A stretch of 64,000 bases of DNA from a virus: IMG/VR virus record IMGVR_UViG_3300017917_003607, positions 32,001 through 96,000 of that record. One strand, 5' to 3'. The notes under the pieces were generated by a model. It worked only from the letters and a program-made list of their open reading frames with translations. It made no database searches and was not told the DNA's origin. The position numbers were made by a program, and so were the translations under genes. This document shows, piece by piece, positions 45,904 through 55,615 of this stretch. Position 1 is the first letter of the stretch; the number at the start of each line of letters is the position of its first letter.

Positions 45904-46848
45904 ATGAATAAACTAAAGGTATCAATAAAAGGAACCAGTTCTTATTTACCACCCAAGGTAGTTACCAATTTAGATATTTCAAAAAAAATAGATACCACAG
46001 ACGAGTGGATTTATACTAAATTAGGTATAAAAGAAAGAAGAGTTGCTCAAAATGAAAGTGTTTCAGATATGGGGTACAAATCGGCTTTATCGGCACTTTC
46101 AGACGCTAATTTAGATAAAAATGATATTGATATGATTATTGTCGCAACTTCAAGTCCTGATAAAATATCACCATCTGTTGCATGTACAATACACGAAAAA
46201 CTTAAACTCAATAAAAAAATACCAGCTTTTGATATAAACGCTGTGTGTTCTGGGTTTGTGTACGCACTAACGGTTGCCTCATCAATGATAGGTAGTAATA
46301 TTTGTGATACAGTACTTGTAATTGCAACAGAAGCTTATTCAAAAAACACCAATTGGGAAGATAGACATTCCGTTTTTTTCGGTGATGGAGCGGGTGCGGT
46401 TATTTTGGGAAAATCAAAAGATGGTTGGGTTCACAGTGAGATATTAGCCGACGGTTCAGGTACTGGAATGACAGGGTTTCAACAACCATTAGACCAACCA
46501 TTTATTATGAATGCTAAAGAAGTTTGGAATCAAGCAGTTTCTGTTTTACCCGATTCAATAAATAAAGTTTTATCGGATACAAATACAAACGTTAATGACA
46601 TAAAAATGTTAATACCCCACCAACCAAGTATTAACATTTTAAAAATTATCGCTAAAGAAGTTGGACTACCAATGAGTAAAGTTAAAACAGTTATGGATAG
46701 ATATGGTAATATTGCGGGTGCATCAATACCAATCGCACTACATGAGGCAATAATCAATAAAGAAATAACAAAAGGTGATAAAATATTATTCACCGCAATA
46801 GGTTCTGGTTGGACTTGGGGAACTATTTTAATGAATTATGATAACTAA
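45904..46848 (+). CDS. fabH: 3-oxoacyl-ACP synthase III-like (FabH family)
   Basis: DEWI..LGIKERR, AVCSGF (Cys), FGDGAGA, PHQPS (His), YGNIAGASIP (Asn), GSGWTWG. Confidence 0.9.
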   Translation: MNKLKVSIKGTSSYLPPKVVTNLDISKKIDTTDEWIYTKLGIKERRVAQNESVSDMGYKSALSALSDANLDKNDIDMIIVATSSPDKISPSVACTIHEKLKLNKKIPAFDINAVCSGFVYALTVASSMIGSNICDTVLVIATEAYSKNTNWEDRHSVFFGDGAGAVILGKSKDGWVHSEILADGSGTGMTGFQQPLDQPFIMNAKEVWNQAVSVLPDSINKVLSDTNTNVNDIKMLIPHQPSINILKIIAKEVGLPMSKVKTVMDRYGNIAGASIPIALHEAIINKEITKGDKILFTAIGSGWTWGTILMNYDN

Positions 46849-46849
46849 T

Positions 46850-47389
46850 ATGGAAAATAAAAAAAATTTTAAAAAAATTGGTGATGATGTTAGAGTTAAT
46901 GAATTGGCAATAATATCAAGACCAGAATTGGTAGAAATTGGTGACCACGTATCTATAGATATGTGGACATATATATCAACACAAGCGAGTTTAGGTAGTT
47001 ACATTCACATAGCACCTAGTGTATCAATAATAGGAGGAGCTCCAGCATCAATTATAATGGAGGATTTCACAAATATTGGTTCAGGAAGTAGAATAGTATG
47101 TGCTAGTGACGATTTTATGCAAGGTCTTATTTCACCTGTTGTACCAATAGAACACAGAACAGTAATTAATAAACCTGTAACCTTTAAAAGGTATTCAACC
47201 CTGGGGGTTAACTGTACTGTACTACCAGGTGTTACTTTAGCCGAAGGTTCTATAGTAGGAGCGAATTCTGTTGTAACTAAAGACACAGAACCGTGGACTG
47301 TATACGCTGGTTCACCAGCAAAACCAATTAAGAAAAGAGATTCTAAAAGAATATTAGAAAGTGCTAAAAAACTTATGAATTATGAATAA
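46850..47389 (+). CDS. hexapeptide-repeat (left-handed beta-helix) acyltransferase
   Basis: LPGVTLAEGSIVGANSVVTKD..W.VYAGSPAK; start 46850 or 46838. Confidence 0.85.
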   Translation: MENKKNFKKIGDDVRVNELAIISRPELVEIGDHVSIDMWTYISTQASLGSYIHIAPSVSIIGGAPASIIMEDFTNIGSGSRIVCASDDFMQGLISPVVPIEHRTVINKPVTFKRYSTLGVNCTVLPGVTLAEGSIVGANSVVTKDTEPWTVYAGSPAKPIKKRDSKRILESAKKLMNYE

Positions 47390-48290
47390 TTTTAAAAAAA
47401 CTAAAGACTCATTAGATATCCCTTGGATTGAGTCCCCATTTTTCGAAGACCTATTAAACGAATCTGATTTATCGGATGAACAAAAAGAAAACTGCAGATT
47501 TTTTAACCAAAATGGTTATTTAGTGATTGATTTGTCTCTTACCGACCAAGAAATTAACTCAGTGGTTAATGACATGTATAACGCACTCCAAAATGAAAAC
47601 ACCACATACCACGCAGACCATTTTCAATATACGGAAAGTAAAAGAATTTTTGAACACTGGAAAAAAAGTGATTCTATTGCAAAACTAACTGTACATCCAA
47701 ATATATTAAACACGTTAAGCTATCTATACGGAAAAAAACCATTTCCGTTTTCAACAATTAATTTTATAAAAGGTAGTAATCAACCACTTCACAGTGATAC
47801 AATACATTTTCATACTATACCACATTTATGGATGGTTGGTGTTTGGATTGCATTGGAAGATGTTGATGAAACAAACGGCACTCTTAGAGTAGTACCAGGT
47901 AGTCATAAGTGGCCTGTATATGAATATCACAATCTAAACTTACCTCATCCTGATACGATAGTTGATGGTGAGGCAAATAATTATAAGATATATGAGGATT
48001 TTTTAGTTGAACTTGTAAGAAGTAAAAAAGCATCGGAAAAAAATGTAAAATTAAAAAAAGGTCAAGCACTTATATGGGCGGCAAATATGCTACACGGAGG
48101 TTGTAATGTTGATGGTGTTACTGACTTTGACAAAACAAGGTTAACACAGGCAAATCATTACTTTTTTGAGGGCTGCACAAAACACTACCATCCCATGTTT
48201 TCAAGACCATTAGATGGTCAATACGCACTTAAATGGTGTGACGATAAAAATAACATTCAAACATACTTAGACAATAAAAATGAATTTTGA
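47382..48290 (+). CDS. PhyH-family Fe(II)/2-oxoglutarate dioxygenase
   Basis: QPLHSD, WIALED...NG.L.VVPGSH, HGG, terminal R. Confidence 0.85.
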   Translation: MNNFKKTKDSLDIPWIESPFFEDLLNESDLSDEQKENCRFFNQNGYLVIDLSLTDQEINSVVNDMYNALQNENTTYHADHFQYTESKRIFEHWKKSDSIAKLTVHPNILNTLSYLYGKKPFPFSTINFIKGSNQPLHSDTIHFHTIPHLWMVGVWIALEDVDETNGTLRVVPGSHKWPVYEYHNLNLPHPDTIVDGEANNYKIYEDFLVELVRSKKASEKNVKLKKGQALIWAANMLHGGCNVDGVTDFDKTRLTQANHYFFEGCTKHYHPMFSRPLDGQYALKWCDDKNNIQTYLDNKNEF

Positions 48291-48879
48291 GGTAGTATCT
48301 GTTTTTGAAAAAAATATTGCGGATTTTTTTGGTTCTAAGTTTGCGGTTGCCGTAGATAGTTGTACTCACGGATTAGAATTGTGTTTAAGATACACCAAAG
48401 AATCAAAAATAAACGTACCAAAAAGAACTTATTTGTCGGTTCCATTTTTGGCCGAAAAACTAGGGATTGATAGAGAATGGAGAGATGACGATTGGGAAAA
48501 ATATTACACAATTAATTATGGTAATAAAAGAATTATCGATGCTGCTGTATTATGGGAAAAAAATAGTTATATTCCTAATACCTTTATGTGTGTCAGTTTT
48601 CAATATCAGAAACATCTTTCATTGGGTAGAGGAGGTGTAATTTTAATGGATAATGAATCTGATTATGTTTCACTAAAAAAAATGTCCTATGACGGAAGAC
48701 TACCTAATATGCCTTGGAGAGACCAAAATATTGATACTGTTGGTTTTCACTATTATATGACACCTGAAACTGCGCAGTTAGGATTAAATAAACTACAGGC
48801 GGCTATAGATACACAACCAAGAAAATGGGTTGTTACTGACTGGCCTGATTTAACAGAAATGCAAATCTTTAAAAAATAA
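48280..48879 (+). CDS. short DegT/DnrJ/EryC1-family PLP aminotransferase
   Basis: AVAVDSCTHGL, IIDAA, SFQYQKHLSLGRGG (PLP lysine); only 199 aa. Confidence 0.75.
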   Translation: MNFEVVSVFEKNIADFFGSKFAVAVDSCTHGLELCLRYTKESKINVPKRTYLSVPFLAEKLGIDREWRDDDWEKYYTINYGNKRIIDAAVLWEKNSYIPNTFMCVSFQYQKHLSLGRGGVILMDNESDYVSLKKMSYDGRLPNMPWRDQNIDTVGFHYYMTPETAQLGLNKLQAAIDTQPRKWVVTDWPDLTEMQIFKK

Positions 48880-48880
48880 A

Positions 48881-49876
48881 ATGAAAAAGGCGTTTATTAC
48901 AGGTATTAATGGTCAGGACGGTTCATACTTGTCAGAATATTTATTGTCCTTGGGTTATGAAGTTCACGGTATTGTTAGAAGAAATTCAGTACCTGAACAT
49001 CAACAAAGTCGTATTGAAACCATAAAAGATAGGATGTACGTTTATTATGGTGATGTGTTAGACCAAACAAATTTACAAAAATTATTGGATAAGATACAAC
49101 CAGACGAGATTTATAACTTAGCAGCACAGAGTCATGTTAGAATTAGTTTTGACATACCTGAATTTACACTACAAACTAATGCTAATGGTGTTTTAAATAT
49201 GTTAGAGGCGTATAGAAGAAGTTGCCCAAACGCAAAATTTTATCAAGCGTCTTCATCTGAAATGTTTGGAAATTCTGTAGACGAAGACGGATTCCAAAGA
49301 GAAACTACCCCGATGACACCAGTCTCTCCATACGGTTGTTCTAAATTGTGCGGTTATTCATTGGTTAGAAATTATAGAAGAGCTTACGGACTACATGCGG
49401 TAAACGGGATTTTATTTAACCATGAATCACCAAGAAGGGGTTCCAATTTTATAACTAATAAAGTAATTAAAACTGCGGTTGAGATAAAACACGGATTAAA
49501 AGATAAATTAGTTGTTGGTAATATGGATTCTTTCAGGGATTGGGGACACTCTAAAGATTATGTTAAGGCAATGCATTTAATGTTAAATCAAGAAACACCA
49601 GACGATTTTGTAATATCAACAATGATTACTCACTCGGTTAGAGAAATGATTGATTATGTTTTTACAAAATTAGGTTTAGATTATAGAGAATATGTTCATC
49701 AAGACAAAGAATTTATGAGACCTGAAGAATTAAAATATCTTAAAGGAGATTCAACAAAGGCAAGAAAAATATTAGGTTGGCAACCAGAATATTCGTTTGA
49801 GGATTTAATGGATGAAATGATTGAACATTGGGAAAAACAGGTAAAAATTAACAAAATAATATCTGAAAAACTTTGA
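48881..49876 (+). CDS. gmd: GDP-mannose 4,6-dehydratase
   Basis: ITGINGQDGSYL, YNLAAQSHV, FYQASSSE, SPYGCSK, FNHESPRRG, RDWGH. Confidence 0.95.
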   Translation: MKKAFITGINGQDGSYLSEYLLSLGYEVHGIVRRNSVPEHQQSRIETIKDRMYVYYGDVLDQTNLQKLLDKIQPDEIYNLAAQSHVRISFDIPEFTLQTNANGVLNMLEAYRRSCPNAKFYQASSSEMFGNSVDEDGFQRETTPMTPVSPYGCSKLCGYSLVRNYRRAYGLHAVNGILFNHESPRRGSNFITNKVIKTAVEIKHGLKDKLVVGNMDSFRDWGHSKDYVKAMHLMLNQETPDDFVISTMITHSVREMIDYVFTKLGLDYREYVHQDKEFMRPEELKYLKGDSTKARKILGWQPEYSFEDLMDEMIEHWEKQVKINKIISEKL

Positions 49877-49889
49877 TAAAATTAAAATA

Positions 49890-50492
49890 ATGAAATTTTC
49901 ACAATACAACGAAGACTCTATATTGGAGTCATTTTTTAAAGGTAGGAAAGGTTTTTTAGTTGATGTTGGAGCCGCGGATGGAGTTTTAAATTCAAACTCA
50001 AGAAAGTTAATACTTGAGGGTTGGTCCGCTGTTTTAGTTGAACCAAATAATAAAAATTTTATAAAATCATTAAGTCTTTATGAAAATAATCCTGAGGTTT
50101 CAGTTTTTAATTTAGGTTGTTCAAATAATAGCAATGATGATGTTATTTTTTATATTGACAAAAATAATCAATATGAACAATTATCAACTTTTAGTAAAGA
50201 ACAAATGGAGTGGTGTAAAAACTACTTTAAATGTGATTTTGTTGAGGAAAAAGTAAAAGTTGTGAAAACATCAGAATTTTTTGAGTCATTAAAAATACAA
50301 AACATAGATTTTCTAAGTGTTGATACTGAAAGTTATGATTTTAACGTAATCGATGGAATTGATTTTGAGAAAACAAATATTGAACTTATCTGTGTCGAAC
50401 ATGTAAATGAAGAATTAATTAATTTATTAGAAAAGAATGGATATGTTATTGAATGTCAAGATGTTGGTAACACATTTTTCAAAAAAATATGA
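49890..50492 (+). CDS. FkbM-family methyltransferase
   Basis: SQYNED, VDVGAADG..SNS, LVEP, LSVDTE. Confidence 0.85.
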   Translation: MKFSQYNEDSILESFFKGRKGFLVDVGAADGVLNSNSRKLILEGWSAVLVEPNNKNFIKSLSLYENNPEVSVFNLGCSNNSNDDVIFYIDKNNQYEQLSTFSKEQMEWCKNYFKCDFVEEKVKVVKTSEFFESLKIQNIDFLSVDTESYDFNVIDGIDFEKTNIELICVEHVNEELINLLEKNGYVIECQDVGNTFFKKI

Positions 50493-51349
50493 AATTATTA
50501 ATAATACAAGAAAACGGTAGACATTTAGAAAATAGAAACTACAGAGAGTGTTTTAATTTGCAAAGGGCTCTTCATCGAAAAAATATAGATGTAGTAGTTT
50601 GGGGTTTAGGTCATGATAACTTTAAACAGCCATTTAACGATATTATTAAAGACATAGACGTGATTATTCTTTTAGAAAATTATGAATCAAATGGATGGTT
50701 ACCTGATTTGAGTGGTATTAAAAAATTAAAAATATTTTGGAGTATAGATTCTCATTTAGTATTAATGAGTCATTTATCAACTGTGGTCAAAAACAAAATA
50801 GACATAGTGTTAAACTCAATCGAGTCTCACCAAATGTATTTTAAACAAAGTAAAACTTTTTATTTTCCAAACGCATACCCATCAGATTTAATTTACCCCA
50901 AAGAAAACGTAGAAAAAAATATTTTTTTAGGTTTTTGTGGTTCTTTACTAAATCGCTCTGAAATTTTAGATAAATTAGAAAACAAATTTTCACTTAAAAA
51001 AGACATATGGAAATTAGGTGATGAGATGGTTAAAACAATCAGCGGATATAAAATACACTTTAACAAAACTCTTTCAAACGACATTAACTATAGGATTTTT
51101 GAAACAATGGGATGTAATACCTTGACATTAACTAACAAAACAGAAAATATAAACACATTTTTTAAAGACATGGAAAACATAGTAATTTATAATAGTGAAA
51201 ACGAACTGTTTGAAAAACTTAATTTTTTATCGTCTAACGATTCTCTAATAAGTCAGATTAGTAATTCAGGTTTTGAATTGGTTAAAAACAATCACACTTA
51301 TGATAATCGTGTGGACGTTTTACTTAAAATTATTAAAGATTACTTTTAA
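50489..51349 (+). CDS. GT-B glycosyltransferase (CgeB/Glyco_trans_1_2-like)
   Basis: WSIDSH, GFCGS, INYRIFETMGC, HTYDNRV. Confidence 0.8.
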   Translation: MKLLIIQENGRHLENRNYRECFNLQRALHRKNIDVVVWGLGHDNFKQPFNDIIKDIDVIILLENYESNGWLPDLSGIKKLKIFWSIDSHLVLMSHLSTVVKNKIDIVLNSIESHQMYFKQSKTFYFPNAYPSDLIYPKENVEKNIFLGFCGSLLNRSEILDKLENKFSLKKDIWKLGDEMVKTISGYKIHFNKTLSNDINYRIFETMGCNTLTLTNKTENINTFFKDMENIVIYNSENELFEKLNFLSSNDSLISQISNSGFELVKNNHTYDNRVDVLLKIIKDYF

Positions 51350-51358
51350 TATTAAAAT

Positions 51359-52108
51359 ATGGATAATAGAAAAATCAGAAAGAAGAGTACTTCATTAAGT
51401 GGAGAAACTCAACCACAATTTAAATCAAAAAAAGAAATAATTGCGCAATTTATAAAAAAACAAACCAAAGAGAAATTTTTGACTGAAAATCAAAAACACT
51501 ATTATAACATTTTAAAAGATAATCAAATTACAATATGTTCAGGACCTGCGGGTGTTGGTAAATCATATATTGCAATGAAGGCTGCGGTTGATTTACTTCA
51601 GGACCCAAGTAACTCTTATGAAAAAATTATGATTGTTAGACCCGCGGTTGAGGCTGAAGAAAAACTTGGTTCATTACCTGGTGCTTTGGAAGAAAAATTA
51701 GACCCATATATAAGCCCTTCATATTACTTATTAAATAAATTAATAGGTAAGGAAAATAGAGAAAAATTAATCGAGTTGGATTTTATCGAAGTACAGGCAT
51801 TGGCGTATATACGTGGGTGGAATATCGATAATACTATTTTGATATTTGAAGAAGCCCAAAACAGTACTCCAAAACAAATGAAGTTATTATTAACTAGAAT
51901 TGGGTTTAATAGTAAATTTTTCATTTCAGGTGATTTAGAACAAACTGACAGATATAAAGATAAGACACAATCAGGTCTTTGGGATGCAATAAATAAATTC
52001 AGAGATATGGAAGATATTGGTGTTTTTGAATTTAATGAAAAAGACATAGTAAGGAATCCATTAATTACAAAAATCTTAAAAAGATACGAAGATGAAGTTC
52101 GCTTTTGA
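51359..52108 (+). CDS. phoH: PhoH-family ATPase
   Basis: GPAGVGKS, RPAVEAEEKLGSLPG, LAYIRG, EEAQN, GDLEQ.D, VRNPL. Confidence 0.95.
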   Translation: MDNRKIRKKSTSLSGETQPQFKSKKEIIAQFIKKQTKEKFLTENQKHYYNILKDNQITICSGPAGVGKSYIAMKAAVDLLQDPSNSYEKIMIVRPAVEAEEKLGSLPGALEEKLDPYISPSYYLLNKLIGKENREKLIELDFIEVQALAYIRGWNIDNTILIFEEAQNSTPKQMKLLLTRIGFNSKFFISGDLEQTDRYKDKTQSGLWDAINKFRDMEDIGVFEFNEKDIVRNPLITKILKRYEDEVRF

Positions 52109-52715
52109 TACTGACGAAGTTTTAAGAGACACATTATCAAAAATGAAAGCAACTTATGAAAAGTTCTTTATTGAGGACTATGTGTCTGAGGAGGGTGAAG
52201 AAGAATTTGAATACAAAATAATTGAACCCATAACAACACATAAATTTTCAGATTACTTCCTATTCCCGTCTGAAAGTGAATATATAAATTTTTTATATTT
52301 GGATTTTCCAATGAACATTTTTGGTCACTCACCATCAATGTCCGCAAATACTTTTAATACTTTTTCTGAGATACAAAAAAAAGTATTATCTAAAAGAGAC
52401 AAGTTGAGTGTTATTGGTATGGGAGTTGCTAAAATAAAACCAGCATCATTATTTTTTTATTCAAAATACGGAATGGAAGTAGATAATATACTATTCTATA
52501 ATAAAAAAACAATAAAAAATATATGGTCAAAATTTGATGTTATTGTTACTGCAAATCCTGATTTGCTTAAAATCAAACCAAAAAATAAAATAAGTATCAA
52601 AGTTTTAACTTCCTATAATGCAGAGTATGACTCTGATTTTACAATAGATTCATTGGAAGGTTTTACTTCGGTATATAATGAATTAAAATTAAAACATGTT
52701 AAAAGTATTAGGTGA
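52092..52715 (+). CDS. HAD-like 5'(3')-deoxyribonucleotidase homolog (possibly degenerate)
   Basis: FAFDTDEVLRD motif I; C-terminal YN motif. Confidence 0.55.
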   Translation: MKFAFDTDEVLRDTLSKMKATYEKFFIEDYVSEEGEEEFEYKIIEPITTHKFSDYFLFPSESEYINFLYLDFPMNIFGHSPSMSANTFNTFSEIQKKVLSKRDKLSVIGMGVAKIKPASLFFYSKYGMEVDNILFYNKKTIKNIWSKFDVIVTANPDLLKIKPKNKISIKVLTSYNAEYDSDFTIDSLEGFTSVYNELKLKHVKSIR

Positions 52716-52962
52716 AGAATATTTCGTTGATTTTCAAAAAATCGAGGATTTGATTACAATTAAGCAAGAATTAACAGGTGATACTGAACAAAACGTTAGT
52801 ATAGTAAAATTTGAACTAATTAAAACTATGTTAGACGTGGTATTAACTGAATCAACAGAATTAGATGAAAAGATGTCCATGAAAGGTAGTAACGATTTAA
52901 CAATACCATTCAAGATTGCATTTAACACTTTAATCAGATATAACATATTACAATCTTTTTAA
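52696..52962 (+). CDS. hypothetical protein
   Basis: 88 aa, in operon context. Confidence 0.7.
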   Translation: MLKVLGEEYFVDFQKIEDLITIKQELTGDTEQNVSIVKFELIKTMLDVVLTESTELDEKMSMKGSNDLTIPFKIAFNTLIRYNILQSF

Positions 52963-52964
52963 TT

Positions 52965-54020
52965 ATGAGTACAGAACTTATCCCAAAAATTCAAGAATCA
53001 ATTGAGAAACTAAAAAATAAAGAATGTAGAATTTATTTTTTAGTACAAGACACTAAAGGAAACGCTAAAGCTTCCGTAAGATTCATTTATGAAATCGCAT
53101 ATACATTGAGACAAAATGGTTTCAATAGTATTATTATGCATGAACAAAATGACTACAAAGGGGTATCGTCTTGGTTAAACGAAAAATACATGACAATACC
53201 ACATAAATCTATTGAAGAGCAGAGTTTGGAGCTTTCTCCTGAAGATTTTTTAGTCATACCTGAACTATATGGACACGTAATGGAACAAGTTGCAAAGTTC
53301 CCTTGTGGAAAAATAGTAATATCACAGAGCTATGATTATATATTAGAAACTTTGTCTCCTGGGGCAACATGGACACAGTATGGATTTTTCAAATGTATCA
53401 CAACAAGCGAAGAACAAAAAAATTATTTGGAGCAGATTATGAAAAACGTTTCTTTTGATATTCTTACACCACAAATTAGCGAGTCTTTCAAAGAGAAAAA
53501 ACTTCCACCAAAACCAATTATTTCAGTTCACACAAGAGACCAAAGAGATACCATGAAAATAATAAAAACTTTCTATTTAAAATATCCACAATATAGATGG
53601 TTCACATTTAGAGACATGAGAGGATTGACAGAGTCTGAATTTGCAGAATTGTTAAAAGATTCGTTTGTTTCTGTTTGGGTAGATGATATATCGTCGTTTG
53701 GTACCTTTCCCTTAGAAAGTATGAAAACAAAAACACCTGTGATAGGTAAAATCCCAAATGTAAAACCTGCTTGGATGAACGACCAAAATGGTATTTGGGT
53801 TAATGACACTTTATTAATTGTTGATGTTTTGGCTGAATTTATACAAAATTGGCTCGAAGATAATATTTCAGACCAACTGTACGACTCATCTTTGGAAACC
53901 GCAAAAAAATATTCCGATATTGAATTATTTGAAAAGGAAACTATTGAATTGTTTTCTGAATTTATAAACAAAAGACTCTCAAACTTTGATGAGCAATTAC
54001 AAAAATTACAATCTAATTAA
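52965..54020 (+). CDS. GT-B glycosyltransferase-like
   Basis: VIPELY, SSFGTFPLESM..TPVIG. Confidence 0.7.
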   Translation: MSTELIPKIQESIEKLKNKECRIYFLVQDTKGNAKASVRFIYEIAYTLRQNGFNSIIMHEQNDYKGVSSWLNEKYMTIPHKSIEEQSLELSPEDFLVIPELYGHVMEQVAKFPCGKIVISQSYDYILETLSPGATWTQYGFFKCITTSEEQKNYLEQIMKNVSFDILTPQISESFKEKKLPPKPIISVHTRDQRDTMKIIKTFYLKYPQYRWFTFRDMRGLTESEFAELLKDSFVSVWVDDISSFGTFPLESMKTKTPVIGKIPNVKPAWMNDQNGIWVNDTLLIVDVLAEFIQNWLEDNISDQLYDSSLETAKKYSDIELFEKETIELFSEFINKRLSNFDEQLQKLQSN

Positions 54021-54022
54021 TT

Positions 54023-54832
54023 ATGGAAAATAATGTTAACATATCAGTAATCCTCCCTATTTCTTCAGCGTATGGGAAAGATTTCGACGAACTTTTTGAT
54101 AAAGCAATTGAATCACTAAAAAAACAATCTGTGGGTATTGGTGAATTAGTTATAGTTCATACAGACGAAGAAAAACTTTGTAAAAAGTTAGAAACATACA
54201 ATTTTGAAAACTTGAATGTCACCAAAATATTAAACACAACAACCGAATTTGATTATGCAAGTCAAATTAATCTTGGTGTAAAAAACGCTAAAAATGATTG
54301 GGTTAGTTTTTTTGAGTATGATGATGAATATTCATTTATTTGGTTTAAAAATGTTAAAGAATATATTGATTATCATCCCGAATGTGACGGATTCTTACCA
54401 ATCGTGGTGGATGTAGATGAAAAAGGTATATTTGCAGGATATACTAACGAAGCTACCTTTGCAGCATCTTTTAACTCAGAATTGGGAATTCTTACTAATG
54501 ACCTTTTAAATACATACCAAAACTTTCAGTCAAGTGGTATGGTTATTAAGAAAAGTGTTATTGAAAATTTTGGCGGTTTTAAAAAATCTATGAAACTTAC
54601 TTTTGTGTATGAGTTTTTATTAAGAGTCACTTATAATTCGGTTAGAATAATGACTATTCCAAGATTAGGTTACAAACACATCAATATGAGAGAGTCTTCT
54701 ATTTTTTGGAACTATAAAAACGGAAAAACTCCAATGACAGACAACGAAGTGAAATTTTGGATTGAGACCGCAAAAAAAGAATACTTTTTTAACTCGGACA
54801 GAAATATAAAATATGAAACAAGTAACTCTTGA
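54023..54832 (+). CDS. GT2 glycosyltransferase
   Basis: ISVILPI, INLGV, FFEYDDEY. Confidence 0.75.
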   Translation: MENNVNISVILPISSAYGKDFDELFDKAIESLKKQSVGIGELVIVHTDEEKLCKKLETYNFENLNVTKILNTTTEFDYASQINLGVKNAKNDWVSFFEYDDEYSFIWFKNVKEYIDYHPECDGFLPIVVDVDEKGIFAGYTNEATFAASFNSELGILTNDLLNTYQNFQSSGMVIKKSVIENFGGFKKSMKLTFVYEFLLRVTYNSVRIMTIPRLGYKHINMRESSIFWNYKNGKTPMTDNEVKFWIETAKKEYFFNSDRNIKYETSNS

Positions 54833-55590
54833 TGATTTTAGAAAGTGTCTATTCGAGTGGAAAAACAGAAGACGCTCAATCTAAACGTGGTAAGAAACCA
54901 ACAACAACCACAAATTATTTTGACGTAAGAGAGGAGAACGCAGTGGTGTTATTCCTCAATGCAGAGACAATTGAAGAAAGAAATAAAATATATAATGAGT
55001 ACCTGAAAAAGCCAATCGAAAAGATGGTTTCTTCAATTATAAGAAGGTATAAATTATATAGAAAAGATATGTCTTTTGATGAAATTCTGAACGACACTCA
55101 TTCTTTTTTAATTACCAAGTCAGATAAATTTGTACCCGATAAGAATAAGAAAGCATATTCTTATTTTGGTACAATATGTAAAAACTATCTGATGGGGCAA
55201 ATAATAAAAGACCAAAAAGACATCAATAGAAAAGTTTCTTATGAGGACATTTCATCTAATTTGGAAAATAGACCTGACATGGTTTATTATATAGAAAACG
55301 ACGCGGTTGAGAGTGATAAAATAATTCAAGACTATATTGATATGTTAAAAGAATTCATATCCAACAGTAATCTAAATGAAAATGAGATAAAGTTGGGTGA
55401 AGCGTTATTACAACTATTTGAGACATACGATGAAATATTTGTTGCAAACGACAATAAAAAGTTTAATAAAAACTTAGTTTTGTTATCTCTAAGAGAGATG
55501 ACAAATCTTTCAACGAAAGAAATCAGGATAAGTATGAAAAGATACAAAAAATTATACTTTGATTTCGTAAAAAAAATAGACCTTAGATAA
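54832..55590 (+). CDS. phage sigma factor (region 2-like; T4 gp55-type late sigma candidate)
   Basis: KF.PDKNKKAYSYFGTICKNYL resembles sigma70 region 2.2-2.4; ATG at 54832 overlaps the upstream TGA. Confidence 0.65.
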   Translation: MILESVYSSGKTEDAQSKRGKKPTTTTNYFDVREENAVVLFLNAETIEERNKIYNEYLKKPIEKMVSSIIRRYKLYRKDMSFDEILNDTHSFLITKSDKFVPDKNKKAYSYFGTICKNYLMGQIIKDQKDINRKVSYEDISSNLENRPDMVYYIENDAVESDKIIQDYIDMLKEFISNSNLNENEIKLGEALLQLFETYDEIFVANDNKKFNKNLVLLSLREMTNLSTKEIRISMKRYKKLYFDFVKKIDLR

Positions 55591-55602
55591 AAAAGGTCTT
55601 TT
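55578..55602 (+). terminator. weak terminator-like hairpin at the end of the sigma gene
   Basis: AGACCTT-N8-AAGGTCT-TTT immediately before a late motif. Confidence 0.35.
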
Positions 55603-55604
55603 AA

Positions 55605-55612
55605 TATTTATA
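55605..55612 (+). promoter_or_regulatory. putative late promoter TATTTATA
   Basis: 3 nt upstream of the ATG at 55616. Confidence 0.65.
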
Positions 55613-55615
55613 GAT

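Noticed and set aside
36889-54832. Sugar cluster as a DNA hypermodification pathway
   Set aside because: Not excluded, since exonuclease, dUTPase and HAD genes are interspersed, but no hydroxymethylase, thymidylate synthase-like or other base-modifying gene is visible, and the GTs are surface-glycan types; ranked below virion glycosylation.
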